DNA of 64,000 nucleotides from Escherichia coli (GCF_041248615.1 NZ_CP158426.1), one strand, 5' to 3'; positions 24,082 to 36,475 are shown, counted from the stretch's first letter. Notes: generated by a model from the sequence alone, not told the origin. Numbers and translations: made by a program.

Positions 24082-25239
24082 TTGAAACGTAGTCTGCTTT
24101 TTTCTGCCGTGCTGTGTGCGGCGTCATTGACCTCCGTCCATGCGGCGCAGCCGATCACTGAACCGGAGTTTGCCTCTGATATTGTCGATCGTTATGCCGA
24201 TCATATTTTTTACGGCAGCGGTGCCACGGGGATGGCGCTGGTAGTTATCGACGGTAACCAGCGCGTCTTTCGCAGTTATGGCGAAACGCGACCTGGTAAT
24301 AACGTTCGCCCGCAGCTGGATTCGGTCATACGTATTGCTTCCCTCACCAAGCTAATGACCAGTGAGATGCTGGTGAAATTGCTCGACCAGGGGACCGTGA
24401 AGTTAAACGATCCGCTAAGTAAATATGCTCCGCCAGGCGCACGCGTACCGACTTACAATGGGACGCCCATTACGCTGGTGAATCTGGCAACCCATACCAG
24501 CGCCCTGCCCCGTGAACAGCCCGGTGGCGCGGCACATCGTCCGGTATTTGTCTGGCCAACGCGCGAGCAACGCTGGAAATACCTTTCTACGGCGAAGCTG
24601 AAAGCCGCGCCAGGCAGTCAGGCGGCGTACTCTAACCTTGCGTTCGACCTGCTGGCAGATGCACTGGCGAATGCGTCCGGCAAGCCTTATACCCAGTTGT
24701 TTGAAGAGCAGATTACCCGTCCATTGGGGATGAAAGACACCACCTACACTCCCTCACCGGATCAGTGCCGCCGTTTAATGGTTGCTGAGCGCGGTGCCAG
24801 TCCGTGCAATAACACGCTGGCGGCAATTGGCAGCGGCGGCGTCTATTCCACGCCTGGCGATATGATGCGCTGGATGCAGCAGTATTTGTCATCCGATTTT
24901 TATCAGCGCAGTAACCAGGCTGATCGCATGCAGACGTTGATTTATCAGCGCGCGCAGTTTACGAAAGTGATTGGCATGGATGTCCCCGGCAAAGCGGATG
25001 CGCTTGGTTTAGGCTGGGTATATATGGCCCCGAAAGAGGGTCGTCCGGGGATTATTCAGAAGACAGGTGGTGGTGGCGGTTTCATTACCTATATGGCGAT
25101 GATCCCGCAGAAGAATATTGGCGCGTTTGTGGTGGTCACTCGTTCGCCGTTGACGCGCTTTAAAAATATGAGCGATGGCATCAATGACCTGGTGACCGAG
25201 CTAAGCGGGAATAAACCGTTGGTTATCCCCGCATCCTGA
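24082..25239 (+). CDS. ampH: Penicillin-binding protein AmpH (class C beta-lactamase-like DD-peptidase)
   Basis: 385-aa ORF with signal peptide and SxxK active-site motif (IASLTKLMT). Confidence 0.95.
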   Translation: MKRSLLFSAVLCAASLTSVHAAQPITEPEFASDIVDRYADHIFYGSGATGMALVVIDGNQRVFRSYGETRPGNNVRPQLDSVIRIASLTKLMTSEMLVKLLDQGTVKLNDPLSKYAPPGARVPTYNGTPITLVNLATHTSALPREQPGGAAHRPVFVWPTREQRWKYLSTAKLKAAPGSQAAYSNLAFDLLADALANASGKPYTQLFEEQITRPLGMKDTTYTPSPDQCRRLMVAERGASPCNNTLAAIGSGGVYSTPGDMMRWMQQYLSSDFYQRSNQADRMQTLIYQRAQFTKVIGMDVPGKADALGLGWVYMAPKEGRPGIIQKTGGGGGFITYMAMIPQKNIGAFVVVTRSPLTRFKNMSDGINDLVTELSGNKPLVIPAS

Positions 25240-25922
<683 letters not shown>

Positions 25923-25955
25923 AACCTATTTCTTCAGAGTGAAGAATATTACCAA

Positions 25956-26149
<194 letters not shown>

Positions 26150-26150
26150 A

Positions 26151-26271
<121 letters not shown>

Positions 26272-26272
26272 T

Positions 26273-26316
<44 letters not shown>

Positions 26317-26326
26317 CGCTGCCGTA

Positions 26327-26445
<119 letters not shown>

Positions 26446-26468
26446 GGTCGTTGTTGAAGTGAGAGTAG

Positions 26469-26604
<136 letters not shown>

Positions 26605-28583
26605 TCCACTTAGCGTTGTTACCGTCAATTTTGGTATCAACACCGACCATGATGCCGTTTACATCCTGATCATAGTTGATGGTGCCGTTGTCGCCGTTGA
26701 AGTTACCACCGAAGTAGCTTACCCATGCGCCGCCGTTATCAGCCAGGCCATGACGAGAGTTGGTCAGACGAGTACCAACGGTGTCTTGTTCCAGGTTCCA
26801 GATATTGGTGTTCGCAGACGGGATGCTCAGCGCCATGTTAGCGTAGTCGGTCAGCTCCATCTGTTGCAGAACAACGGTGTTACCACGCTGTTCAGCCTGA
26901 TAGGTGTATGCACCCAGGTCAGCTTTGTTAGCAGCAGAGAAGGTCGCGTTGCTGTTTTTGTCGTTAACGTAGATCAGCTCGTTGCCGTTGTAGTCAGCGA
27001 TAGAACCAGCACCTGTAGCGTTGTCGATACGAACTTTGTAGTTACCGGTTGCAGCTGCAACATGGTCACCGTTGTTATCAACTTCGTTCTGACCAGCTTC
27101 GATAGAAGCAGTGTTGTCGTTATCGCCGTTACCGTTAATGGTCAGGTGACCATCAGAGTTCATTGCGATTAAGCCATAACCGTAGTTTGACTTGGTAGTA
27201 TCGTTGGTACGGTCGTTGGTCAGGTCGGCATCAAGTACGAAGCGGTTGCTTTCGATGTTGAACACACCAGCGTGAATGTTACCACTGGTATCAGTAGTGC
27301 TGGTCAGGTTCAGAGTATCAACCTGCAGAGCATTCGCCGCAGTGTTACCGACATTCAGAATACCGTCGTTAGTCACTTTGATGTTGTTGGCATACAGAGC
27401 AGCATCACCTACAGCCCAACCAGCAGAAACTTCATCAGAAATGGTTACGGTACTGTTGTCGACAGTCAGTGAATCAGTTGCAACATGACCATCTTCGTTG
27501 ATGTTCAGCGCAGAAAGACCAGTCAGAGAGATAGAGTCAGAAATCAGCGTTGAATCAGCAACATTAACAGTTGAACCACTATTGATGCTCAGAGTATCAA
27601 TCAGAGAAGCTTTGGTGGTATCCCACTGTGAACCGGTGTTCAGGGTCACATTGAACAGACCGCTCTGGTAAACTTCGTTACCGATGATGTGATCAAATTC
27701 GCTGTATTCAGAGTCGCTGTTTTCTACACCAACAGTTGATGAAGGCCACAGGCTGTTAGCTGCGATGTCGATCAGAGTTGCAGTGGCTTCAGTATTGATT
27801 CCATATGTATAGGAGTCATTTACACCATCGTCATCAGTATCAACACCAATCTGATGCGCAGACATTGCCGCACCGACCCACTTGCTGCCATTATTCAGGG
27901 TCAGATCCAGGCGATCAGTACCATCCCAACCGTTAGTATCTACATCACCGTCGGCATCACGATAGCTATCACGACCATGTGGGAAGAAGTTCTCATCAAA
28001 GTTACTTGAGAAGAATACATCGCCCATCAAAGTGGAATTGTCGAATGTTGCAGTGGTTTGCATGGCGTTATCAGCATATGGATGTGCAATAACAGCTAAT
28101 GCAACATCATCAGCATTCCACCCATCACCATTGTAATCGCTGGCATTACCTGTATTACCGAACCAACCAGTAGTACCTTCATCAGTCCATGAACCAGAGG
28201 TCACGGTTGAATCTTTAACAGTGATGGTGTTATTAAATACTTCGCTGCTGTTTACACCAGTGCTGACAGTATTGTCGTCGATATCTTCCCACTCATAACC
28301 CTGAGTCAGAGTAATACCTGCGACGTGAGAGTTATTAGAGATGGACAGATCAACTTCCTGATCCAGAGTAATAGCAGTACCAATGTTATATACGTTTACA
28401 ACATGAGTATCAGCGGCATTATTGTAAGTGCCGTTATATGTGTAATGTTCGTAGTTGTCGTCGATCGTTGAATTATCAACGGTCAGCGCCAGACGATCAT
28501 GGTAGTAGTCATCCGCACGATCAGCACAATCAGTTGTCATGCACTCGGAATAAATCATGCCGTGAATAGTGCTGTTTTTGATT

Positions 28584-28588
28584 GTCAG
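28584..28588. repeat. IS2 target-site duplication, copy 1 (GTCAG)
   Basis: 5-bp gtcag immediately flanking the IS2 terminus; identical copy at 29920-29924. Confidence 0.85.
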
Positions 28589-28599
28589 TGGATTTGCCC

Positions 28600-29505
28600 C
28601 TATATTTCCAGACACCTGTTATCACTTAACCCATTACTGGCCTGCTGCCGCAGATATTCCCGTGGCGAGCGATAACCCAGTGCACTATGCGGATGCCATT
28701 CGTTATAATGCTCGAACGCCTCTGCAAGGTTCTTTGCTGCCGTTAACCCGTCTGGTTTAGGCATGATACTGATGTAGTCACGCTTTATCGTTTTCACGAA
28801 GCTCTCTGCTATGCCGTTACTCTCCGGACTCCGCACCGCCGTGTTCTTCGGTTCAAGCCCCAATATCCGGGCAAACTGCCGTGTTTCATTAGCCCGGTAG
28901 CATGAACCATTATCCGTCAGCCACTCTACTGGAGACGCCGGAAGCTCGTTGCCGAAGCGGCGTTCCACCGCTCCCAGCATGACGTCCTGTACTGTTTCAC
29001 TGTCGAAGCCGCCCGTAGTGACTGCCCAGTGCAGTGCCTCACGGTCACAGCAGTCCAGCGCGAACGTGACTCGCAGTTTTTCTCCGTTATCACAGCGGAA
29101 CTCGAACCCGTCAGAGCACCATCGTTGATTGCTTTCTTTCACGGCCACTTTGCCAGTATGTGCCCGTTTCGATGGCGGTACAGCGGTTTTTCGCTCAAGC
29201 AACAGCGCATTCTGGCGCATGATCCGGTAAACACGTTTGGCATTGATCGCAGGCGTACCATCAAGTTCGGCCTGTCTGCGAAGCAGCGCCCATACCCGAC
29301 GATAACCATACGTGGGCAGCTCTCCGATAACATGGTGTATACGGAGAAGCACATCCGTATCATCTGAGTGACGGCTGCGGCGACCATCTTTCCAGTCATC
29401 GGTTCGTCTGAGAATTACGTGCAACTGCGCACGCGACACCCGGAGACAACGGCTGACTAAGCTTACTCCCCATCCCCGGGCAATAAGGGCGCGTGCGCTA
29501 TCCAC
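28600..29505 (-). CDS. insD: IS2 transposase OrfB (InsD; DDE integrase-like catalytic domain)
   Basis: 301-aa [33 protein letters not shown]...; IS3-family transposase. Confidence 0.93.
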   Translation of the reverse strand: MDSARALIARGWGVSLVSRCLRVSRAQLHVILRRTDDWKDGRRSRHSDDTDVLLRIHHVIGELPTYGYRRVWALLRRQAELDGTPAINAKRVYRIMRQNALLLERKTAVPPSKRAHTGKVAVKESNQRWCSDGFEFRCDNGEKLRVTFALDCCDREALHWAVTTGGFDSETVQDVMLGAVERRFGNELPASPVEWLTDNGSCYRANETRQFARILGLEPKNTAVRSPESNGIAESFVKTIKRDYISIMPKPDGLTAAKNLAEAFEHYNEWHPHSALGYRSPREYLRQQASNGLSDNRCLEI

Positions 29506-29828
29506 TTTTTTGCACGCCCGTATTCAACGGCTTCTTTAAGGAGTTCATTTTCCATCGTTTTTTTGCCGAGCAGGCGCTGGAGTTCTTTAATCTGCTTCAT
29601 GGCAGCAGCAAGTTCAGAGGCAGGAACGACCTGCTCTCCTGCGGCCACAGCAGTAAGACTTCCCTCCTGGTATTGCTTGCGCCAGAGAAATAACTGGCTG
29701 GCTGCCACACCGTGTTGCCGGGCAACAAGGGAGACCTTCATTCCCGGTTCAAAACTCTGCTGAACAATAGCGATCTTTTCCTGTGTAGTACGCCGTCTGC
29801 GTTTCTCCGGTCCTAAGACATCAATCAT
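29463..29828 (-). CDS. insC: IS2 OrfA (InsC; HTH DNA-binding protein)
   Basis: ORF track 29463-29873; start placed at [24 protein letters not shown] (121 aa); overlaps insD in the -1 frame. Confidence 0.9.
   Translation of the reverse strand: MIDVLGPEKRRRRTTQEKIAIVQQSFEPGMKVSLVARQHGVAASQLFLWRKQYQEGSLTAVAAGEQVVPASELAAAMKQIKELQRLLGKKTMENELLKEAVEYGRAKKWIAHAPLLPGDGE
29505..29512 (-). other. IS2 A6G slippery site for programmed -1 frameshifting (OrfAB fusion transposase)
   Basis: Plus-strand cttttttg is minus-strand CAAAAAAG inside the insC/insD overlap (codons ...AKKW...); IS3-family frameshift mechanism is established knowledge. Confidence 0.7.
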
Positions 29829-29919
29829 CTGCTCTCCAATGACTAGTCTAAAAACTAGTATTAAGACTATCACTTATTTAAGTGATATTGGTTGTCTGGA
29901 GATTCATGGGGCCAGTCTA

Positions 29920-29924
29920 GTCAG
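29920..29924. repeat. IS2 target-site duplication, copy 2 (GTCAG)
   Basis: 5-bp gtcag directly after the IS2 terminus ...ggccagtcta. Confidence 0.85.
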
Positions 29925-30758
29925 GCTATTGGCGTTGGTATTAGTAGAAATACCATCGTCCAGATAGTAGGTAGAAATCACGCCGTTAACGGTAGCGTTA
30001 TTAATGACCGGATAGATATCGCCGTTGTAATAACTATCAGCGGCATAGTTATTCCAGCCTACATAACCATCATAGTAAACGTCATCAGCATAGGTGGCGT
30101 CGTTGTAGTGATGGAAAGTATTGTAAGTTTGACCAGAAATATCGTTGGTCGCTGCATTAGCCTGAGAGGTGATAGCCAGAGTGCAAGCCAATGCTAATTG
30201 TGATACTACAAGTTTCTTTTTCCAGGAGTGCATTTGTCATCCCTCCTCAGGGACGTAATAAGTTGATCCATCAATTATCAATGCATAGAAAACATATTAT
30301 GTTTCGCGTTGACGATTATGCGGCGTTATAGAGGAATGGTTCAATTATTCTTTCCCCTAAGTCCGATTGCGGACATATATAAAGCACGTGAACACACACA
30401 CAGAAAGAAATAACAAAAACACAATATTTCAATACGTTAATGAAAGCGTTAATTTTAAAACATAGACCATGAAAATATAAAACAACTAAAACAGACAAAT
30501 AATGTATCAATAAGCAATGAACTTTAAGTTATACGCTTTTTGAAAACGTCACCAAATCCCCAAAAACAATAATCTATGGCTATAAATAAAAATTAAAAAT
30601 ATTTTCAGTGAATATGAAATTATTGCTATTTCTTTTACAAAGATGTCCTGGCCTCTCTTCCATTCTCTTCTTGTCAACATCGCGACAACTTTCGTAAAAC
30701 ATCCCCACCCTGCTTCAGGTATACTATGCCCCTCGATTCCACAAACATCAGGCAGACC

Positions 30759-31733
30759 ATGACAGACTTAATCCAACGCCCTCGTCGCCTGCGCAAATCT
30801 CCTGCGCTGCGCGCTATGTTTGAAGAGACAACACTTAGCCTTAACGACCTGGTGTTGCCGATCTTTGTTGAAGAAGAAATTGACGACTACAAAGCCGTTG
30901 AAGCCATGCCAGGCGTGATGCGCATTCCAGAGAAACATCTGGCACGCGAAATTGAACGCATCGCCAACGCCGGTATTCGTTCCGTGATGACTTTCGGCAT
31001 CTCTCACCATACCGATGAAACCGGCAGCGACGCCTGGCGGGAAGATGGACTGGTGGCGCGTATGTCGCGCATCTGCAAGCAGACTGTGCCAGAAATGATC
31101 GTCATGTCAGACACCTGCTTCTGTGAATACACTTCTCACGGTCACTGCGGTGTGCTGTGCGAGCATGGCGTCGACAACGACGCGACTCTGGAAAATTTAG
31201 GCAAGCAAGCCGTGGTTGCAGCTGCTGCAGGCGCAGACTTCATCGCCCCTTCCGCCGCGATGGACGGCCAGGTACAGGCAATTCGCCAGGCGCTGGACGC
31301 TGCGGGCTTTAAAGATACGGCGATTATGTCGTATTCGACCAAGTTCGCCTCCTCCTTTTATGGCCCGTTCCGTGAAGCTGCCGGAAGCGCATTAAAAGGC
31401 GACCGCAAAAGCTATCAGATGAACCCAATGAACCGTCGTGAGGCGATTCGTGAGTCACTGCTGGATGAAGCCCAAGGCGCAGACTGCCTGATGGTTAAAC
31501 CTGCTGGAGCGTACCTCGACATCGTGCGTGAGCTGCGTGAACGTACTGAATTGCCGATTGGCGCGTATCAGGTGAGCGGTGAGTACGCGATGATTAAGTT
31601 CGCCGCGCTGGCGGGTGCTATAGATGAAGAGAAAGTCGTGCTCGAAAGCTTAGGTTCGATTAAGCGTGCGGGTGCGGATCTGATTTTCAGCTACTTTGCG
31701 CTGGATTTGGCTGAGAAGAAGATTCTGCGTTAA
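30759..31733 (+). CDS. hemB: Porphobilinogen synthase (delta-aminolevulinate dehydratase) HemB
   Basis: ORF track 30726-31733; start placed at ATG 30759 ([23 protein letters not shown], giving 324 aa). Confidence 0.95.
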
Positions 31734-31741
31734 TGATCATT

Positions 31742-31770
31742 ATGCCGGGTTATCCAACCCGGCATTTCCC
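31742..31770 (+). terminator. Hairpin terminator downstream of hemB (shared with convergent tauD)
   Basis: Stem atgccgggtt/aacccggcat with atcc loop (31742-31765) followed by ttccccc. Confidence 0.5.
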
Positions 31771-31772
31771 CC

Positions 31773-32624
31773 TTACCCCGCCCGATAAAACGGTTTATCC
31801 CCAAGGATCGTCGCCCGATGCATAATCCGCCGCTGTGGCAGGTAATCCGCATTGGCATAGTGCTGAGTCACACGGTTATCCCAAATCGCAATATCATTCG
31901 GTTGCCAGCGCCAACGCACCTGAAACTCCGGTTTGGTGATATGGGCAAACAAAAAACTTAACAAGGCTTCGCTCTCTTTCTCGCTGACATCAACAATTCG
32001 CGTAGTAAAGCCTTCATTCACAAACAGCGCCTGTTTACCGCTCACCGGATGCGTTCGCACCACCGGATGTAGCAACGGCGGGTTTTTCGCGACCGCCTCG
32101 CGCCAGCGTTGATGTTCCTCCTCGGTTTTGCGGTATTTGTATTCCGGGAACGATTTACGGAAATCATGCTCCGCACGCAGCCCGCTCAGCAGCTGGCGGA
32201 AGGGAACAGAGAGCGCCTCATAGGCCGCAATACCGCTGGTCCAGAGCGTATCACCGCCGGTCGAAGGTAACTCTTTAGCTGCCAGAATCGCCCCTGCGGG
32301 TGGCGTTTCAATAAATGTCACATCGGTATGCCAGTTGTCGTTATCTGGCGGATTATCGTTATGGGTATCCAGCACGATGATCTCGTCAACCCCTTCGGCA
32401 TGAGGGTAAACAGGGTGAATATGCAGTTCGCCAAAACGCTGGGCCAGCGCGCGTTGCTGCAGCGGCGTAATAGCTTGATCGCGCAGAAACACCACCTGAT
32501 GGCGCAGCACCGCATGGTAAAGCTGTTCAAACTGATTATCGCTTAACGGGCGCGTCAGGTCGGCACCCGAAATTTGTGCGCCAATATACGGCCCCAGCGG
32601 GGTAATACTCAAACGTTCACTCAT
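31773..32624 (-). CDS. tauD: Taurine dioxygenase TauD
   Basis: 283-aa [30 protein letters not shown]...; Fe(II)/2-oxoglutarate dioxygenase with HxD...H motif. Confidence 0.96.
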   Translation of the reverse strand: MSERLSITPLGPYIGAQISGADLTRPLSDNQFEQLYHAVLRHQVVFLRDQAITPLQQRALAQRFGELHIHPVYPHAEGVDEIIVLDTHNDNPPDNDNWHTDVTFIETPPAGAILAAKELPSTGGDTLWTSGIAAYEALSVPFRQLLSGLRAEHDFRKSFPEYKYRKTEEEHQRWREAVAKNPPLLHPVVRTHPVSGKQALFVNEGFTTRIVDVSEKESEALLSFLFAHITKPEFQVRWRWQPNDIAIWDNRVTQHYANADYLPQRRIMHRATILGDKPFYRAG

Positions 32625-33469
32625 TGTACTTCTCCATGCCAGGGCGTCAGGCGGCGCTGTAACGCGCGCAGACCCAGTTCTAAAAGAAAGGCGATAATCG
32701 CAATCACCGCGATCCCCGCCAGCACCACGTCAGTCGCGAGAAATTCACCCGCTGACTGAACCATAAATCCTAAACCGCGCGTCGCGGCAATCAGCTCCGC
32801 CGCCACCAGCGTAGACCAGCCCACACCCAGACCAATACGTAATCCGGTGAGGATTTCCGGCAGCGCGCCGGGCAAAATGACATACCACAGCACCTGCGCA
32901 CGGCTGGCACCCAGAGACTGGGCGGCACGAATGCGAACCTGCTGCGCGCTTTTCACCCCCGCCAGCGCCGACATCGCCACCGGTGCAAAAATCGCTAAAT
33001 AGATCAGTAAGATCTTCGAGGTTTCGCCAATACCAAACCAGATCACCATCAGCGGCAAATAAGCCAGCGGCGGCACCGGACGATAAAGCTCGATTATCGG
33101 ATCCAGAATGCCGCGCACCGTCGGGCTTAGCCCCATGGCGATCCCGACCGGAATACCGATCAACACCGCCGCGAGTAGCGCCAGCAAAATGCGCGTCAGG
33201 CTGGCGGCCAGATGCTGCCACAGGGTGGCGTCCATAAATCCCTGCGGTCCGGCAATGGTGAGCAGTTTTGCCAGTACCTGTTGCGGCGGCGGCAAAAACA
33301 GCGGGCTAATCAGTTGCAGCGCCGCCACTGCCCACCATACAGTGAGTAAAACCGCTAACGTGCCAATGCTTAAGGTCACCTGACGCGAGAGCGGCCAGCG
33401 CCATTTCAGCCGATGCGAATGCAGTTTTTCATTAATGAGCACACTCAGAGAACGCCTCCCGTTGCTCAA
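32621..33469 (-). CDS. tauC: Taurine ABC transporter permease TauC
   Basis: 282-aa ORF as given by the track, which starts at a TTG (33467-33469); no in-frame ATG in the first ~79 codons, so the true start is uncertain; ABC permease with EAA-like loop. Confidence 0.88.
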   Translation of the reverse strand: MSNGRRSLSVLINEKLHSHRLKWRWPLSRQVTLSIGTLAVLLTVWWAVAALQLISPLFLPPPQQVLAKLLTIAGPQGFMDATLWQHLAASLTRILLALLAAVLIGIPVGIAMGLSPTVRGILDPIIELYRPVPPLAYLPLMVIWFGIGETSKILLIYLAIFAPVAMSALAGVKSAQQVRIRAAQSLGASRAQVLWYVILPGALPEILTGLRIGLGVGWSTLVAAELIAATRGLGFMVQSAGEFLATDVVLAGIAVIAIIAFLLELGLRALQRRLTPWHGEVQ

Positions 33470-34211
33470 ATACGCGGCTTAAAACATATTCGCGCATGGC
33501 GATGAATCGTGGATCGGACTTGATGCTGCGGCTCGACTCTCCCGCAACAAAGCGGCGAGCAAAGTTGAGCGGCAGCCGCTCCAGCACGCGGCCAGGGCCG
33601 GGTGAAAGCAGAACCAGTTCAGTCGCCATAAACACCGCTTCTTCTATATCGTGGGTAATCAACAGCACCTGCTTGCCCGTCTCCTGCCAGAGTTTCAGCA
33701 GCAGGGTTTGCATCTGGTCGCGGGTGAAGGCGTCCAGCGCACCAAACGGTTCATCGAGTAATAACAGCTGGGGATTTGCCGCCAGCGCGCGGGCAATCCC
33801 CACCCGCTGACGTTGACCGCCGGAAAGCTGCCAGATGTAGCGTTTTTCTGCCCCTTCCAGCCCCACTTTTTTCAGCATCTGGTGCGCGATTTCCAGTCGC
33901 TGCATTTTCTCAACACCTGCCAGTTGCAGGCCGAACGCCACGTTGTCCCGTACATTGCGCCACGGTAGCAGCCCTTCATTCTGAAAAACCACGCCCCGCT
34001 CTGCGCCCGGTCCCTCAATGCACTTACCCGCCAGTTGAATGCTGCCATGCTGATAAGGCACAAAACCGGCAATCAGATTCAGCAGGGTGGTTTTACCGCA
34101 GCCGGACGGCCCCAGCACCACCAGTAGCTCACAGCTTTCCAGCGTCAGGTTGATATCTTCCAGTGCCGGTTTGCCGCCATAATCGGCGTAAAGATGAGAG
34201 ATTTGCAGCAT
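33432..34211 (-). CDS. tauB: Taurine ABC transporter ATP-binding protein TauB
   Basis: 259-aa [25 protein letters not shown]...; Walker [10 protein letters not shown], signature LSGGQRQR, Walker B LLLLDEP; 3' end overlaps the tauC start. Confidence 0.95.
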   Translation of the reverse strand: MLQISHLYADYGGKPALEDINLTLESCELLVVLGPSGCGKTTLLNLIAGFVPYQHGSIQLAGKCIEGPGAERGVVFQNEGLLPWRNVRDNVAFGLQLAGVEKMQRLEIAHQMLKKVGLEGAEKRYIWQLSGGQRQRVGIARALAANPQLLLLDEPFGALDAFTRDQMQTLLLKLWQETGKQVLLITHDIEEAVFMATELVLLSPGPGRVLERLPLNFARRFVAGESSRSIKSDPRFIAMREYVLSRVFEQREAFSECAH

Positions 34212-34223
34212 CTGCGCCTCCTT

Positions 34224-35186
34224 TTATTGCACGAAGCGCGAGGTCACGTACTGGCTGTAATCATTCGCTACAGCCGGGACTTTGCCCTGCTCTTTCAAAA
34301 ACTGCGCGGTGTCGATGATCGCTTTGTTCACCGGTCCGGTCAGTTCTGCCGTTTGCTGCTGCGGCGTCAGATAGGTATTCCCCTTCACCAGCCCCGGAAC
34401 GTCACCTTCAGGTACGCCGCTTAAACGTGCCAGTTTGCTGATGTTTTCCGGCTGTTTCAGCCACGCGTCTGGATTAGCAATGTACGGTTGTTGAGCATCG
34501 ATGGCGCTTTTAGCGAACGCTTTCACGACCTCTGGATGTTTCTCGGCAAAATCTTTGCGCACCACCCAGACGTCCAGTGTCGGCGCGCCCCACTGCCCGA
34601 CCTGTTCAGAATCGGTCAGCACCTTGCCGTCTTTTTCCAGGGCGTTAACCGCCGGTGCCCAGACATAAGCACCATCAATGTCTCCCCGTTGCCATGCGGC
34701 GATAATCGCGGGCGGCTGCAGGTTCACTATCTCCACTTGTCCGGGTTTTATACCCCAGTGTTTCAGCGCCGCCAGCAGGCTGTAGTGGGTGGTGGAGATA
34801 AACGGTACGGCGATGCGTTTGCCAATGAGATCTTCCGGTTTGCTGATAGTTTTCTTTACCACCAGCGCTTCGGAGTTACCCAGTTTTGACGCCAGTAAGA
34901 AGACTTCAATCGGCACCTGTTGGCTGGCTGCCACCGCTAATGGGCTGGAACCGAGGTTACCGATTTGGACATCGCCTGAAGCCAGCGCCCGCACGATGCT
35001 GGCTCCGCTGTCAAACTTACGCCAGTCCACCGTCGCCCCGCTCTCTTTAGCAAAGGTGTTATCAGCCTGAGCCACTTTCGCCGGTTCAGCGGAGGTTTGA
35101 TAGGCCACGGTGACGTTCACCGCCTGTGCCTGAAAAGCGATGAATGCCAGTGCGGCAAGAAGTGTGTTACGCGATGAAATTGCCAT
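34224..35186 (-). CDS. tauA: Taurine ABC transporter periplasmic binding protein TauA
   Basis: ORF track 34224-35243; start placed at ATG 35184-35186 (MAISSRNTLLAALAFIAFQAQA signal peptide, giving 320 aa). Confidence 0.93.
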   Translation of the reverse strand: MAISSRNTLLAALAFIAFQAQAVNVTVAYQTSAEPAKVAQADNTFAKESGATVDWRKFDSGASIVRALASGDVQIGNLGSSPLAVAASQQVPIEVFLLASKLGNSEALVVKKTISKPEDLIGKRIAVPFISTTHYSLLAALKHWGIKPGQVEIVNLQPPAIIAAWQRGDIDGAYVWAPAVNALEKDGKVLTDSEQVGQWGAPTLDVWVVRKDFAEKHPEVVKAFAKSAIDAQQPYIANPDAWLKQPENISKLARLSGVPEGDVPGLVKGNTYLTPQQQTAELTGPVNKAIIDTAQFLKEQGKVPAVANDYSQYVTSRFVQ

Positions 35187-35794
35187 GATTGTCTGCTCCC
35201 CTGTCTTGTTATAGGAGCAGTATTCAGGAATAAAAACATTCATTAAAAGAATTAGTCGTTATCGCACAGATGATTTTATTCTTAGCAAAAAAGCGGCAAA
35301 GGAAAGATTAAATATGCAATTACACCCACTCTGACAATTCAGTAAGTTACTGCACTTCATTTTTATTAATGCATAAACAAGCAGAACATAATGTCTTTTA
35401 TTTTATTAACAGCAATACATATAATGAAATCATTATATTCACATTGCATATATAACTGTATCATTCTCAATCAACCACATAATACATTCACATAATGTAT
35501 ATAATCCATATTTGTGCCTAGAACATATTTTTAATATGTAATTAATTGACAAACTAAATCACATCTAAATACAATATATAAAACAAAATAACTATACAAA
35601 CCAAACACACAAACACTTAACATATGAACTACATAAAAGATTACGCAGTCGTATCCCCGTACCTGAAAGCCCCTTATTTTTCAGCTATCAGTAATTTTTA
35701 ACACTTAAAAATTAGCATCTGTCTGTGCCAGAGATTACGTCTCTGCGGGCATCGTTGTGCTTGTAGTATAATAAATAAAATGGAGTGTCATTAA

Positions 35795-36466
35795 GTGGAT
35801 AAGGTTTTAGATTCAGCCATCCTTTCTTCGGCAAATAAAAGAAAGGGTATCCTTGCTATTGGCGCACATCCTGACGATATAGAATTGGGCTGTGGCGCGT
35901 CGCTTGCTCGTCTTGCGCAAAAAGGAATTTATATCGCAGCCGTGGTGATGACTACCGGCAACTCTGGCACAGATGGAATAATCGATCGCCATGAAGAATC
36001 GCGCAACGCCCTAAAGATATTAGGGTGCCACCAAACTATTCATCTTAATTTTGCTGACACCCGCGCGCATTTGCAGCTCAATGATATGATTTCCGCCCTG
36101 GAAGACATCATTAAAAATCAAATTCCTTCTGATGTTGAAATCATGCGGGTATATACCATGCATGATGCCGACCGCCATCAGGATCATCTTGCTGTTTATC
36201 AAGCTTCAATGGTTGCCTGCCGAACTATTCCACAAATTCTCGGCTACGAAACCCCAAGCACCTGGCTTTCATTTATGCCTCAGGTTTTTGAATCCGTTAA
36301 AGAAGAATATTTCACAGTCAAACTTGCTGCATTAAAAAAACATAAAAGCCAGGAACGACGCGATTATATGCGTCATGATCGCCTGCGTGCAGTTGCACAA
36401 TTTCGCGGGCAACAGGTCAATAGCGATCTGGGTGAAGGCTTTGTAATTCATAAAATGATTCTTTGA
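35795..36466 (+). CDS. yaiS: PIG-L/LmbE-family N-acetylglucosaminyl deacetylase-like protein YaiS
   Basis: 223-aa ORF starting at GTG 35795 with GGAG 9 nt upstream; N-terminal AIGAHPDDIELGCG motif and HDADRHQDH metal-binding motif typical of PIG-L/LmbE zinc deacetylases. Confidence 0.85.
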   Translation: MDKVLDSAILSSANKRKGILAIGAHPDDIELGCGASLARLAQKGIYIAAVVMTTGNSGTDGIIDRHEESRNALKILGCHQTIHLNFADTRAHLQLNDMISALEDIIKNQIPSDVEIMRVYTMHDADRHQDHLAVYQASMVACRTIPQILGYETPSTWLSFMPQVFESVKEEYFTVKLAALKKHKSQERRDYMRHDRLRAVAQFRGQQVNSDLGEGFVIHKMIL

Positions 36467-36475
36467 GCAAATTGC

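Larger units (their letters stand above)
28589..29919 (-). mobile_element. Insertion sequence IS2, complete (1331 bp)
   Basis: Termini tggatttgcccctatatttccagacacc (28589-) and ggagattcatggggccagtcta (-29919) match IS2 inverted repeats; encodes InsC and InsD; 5-bp direct repeats on both flanks. Confidence 0.93.

Noticed and set aside
28589-29919. Possible prophage or integrative-element boundary
   Set aside because: The element is exactly 1331 bp with IS2 termini and only insC/insD; there is no integrase, tRNA attachment site or phage gene nearby. A simple IS insertion.
30316-30510. 64-aa hydrophobic, Cys-rich minus-strand ORF between yaiT and hemB
   Set aside because: AT-rich intergenic artefact; no RBS and an implausible composition.
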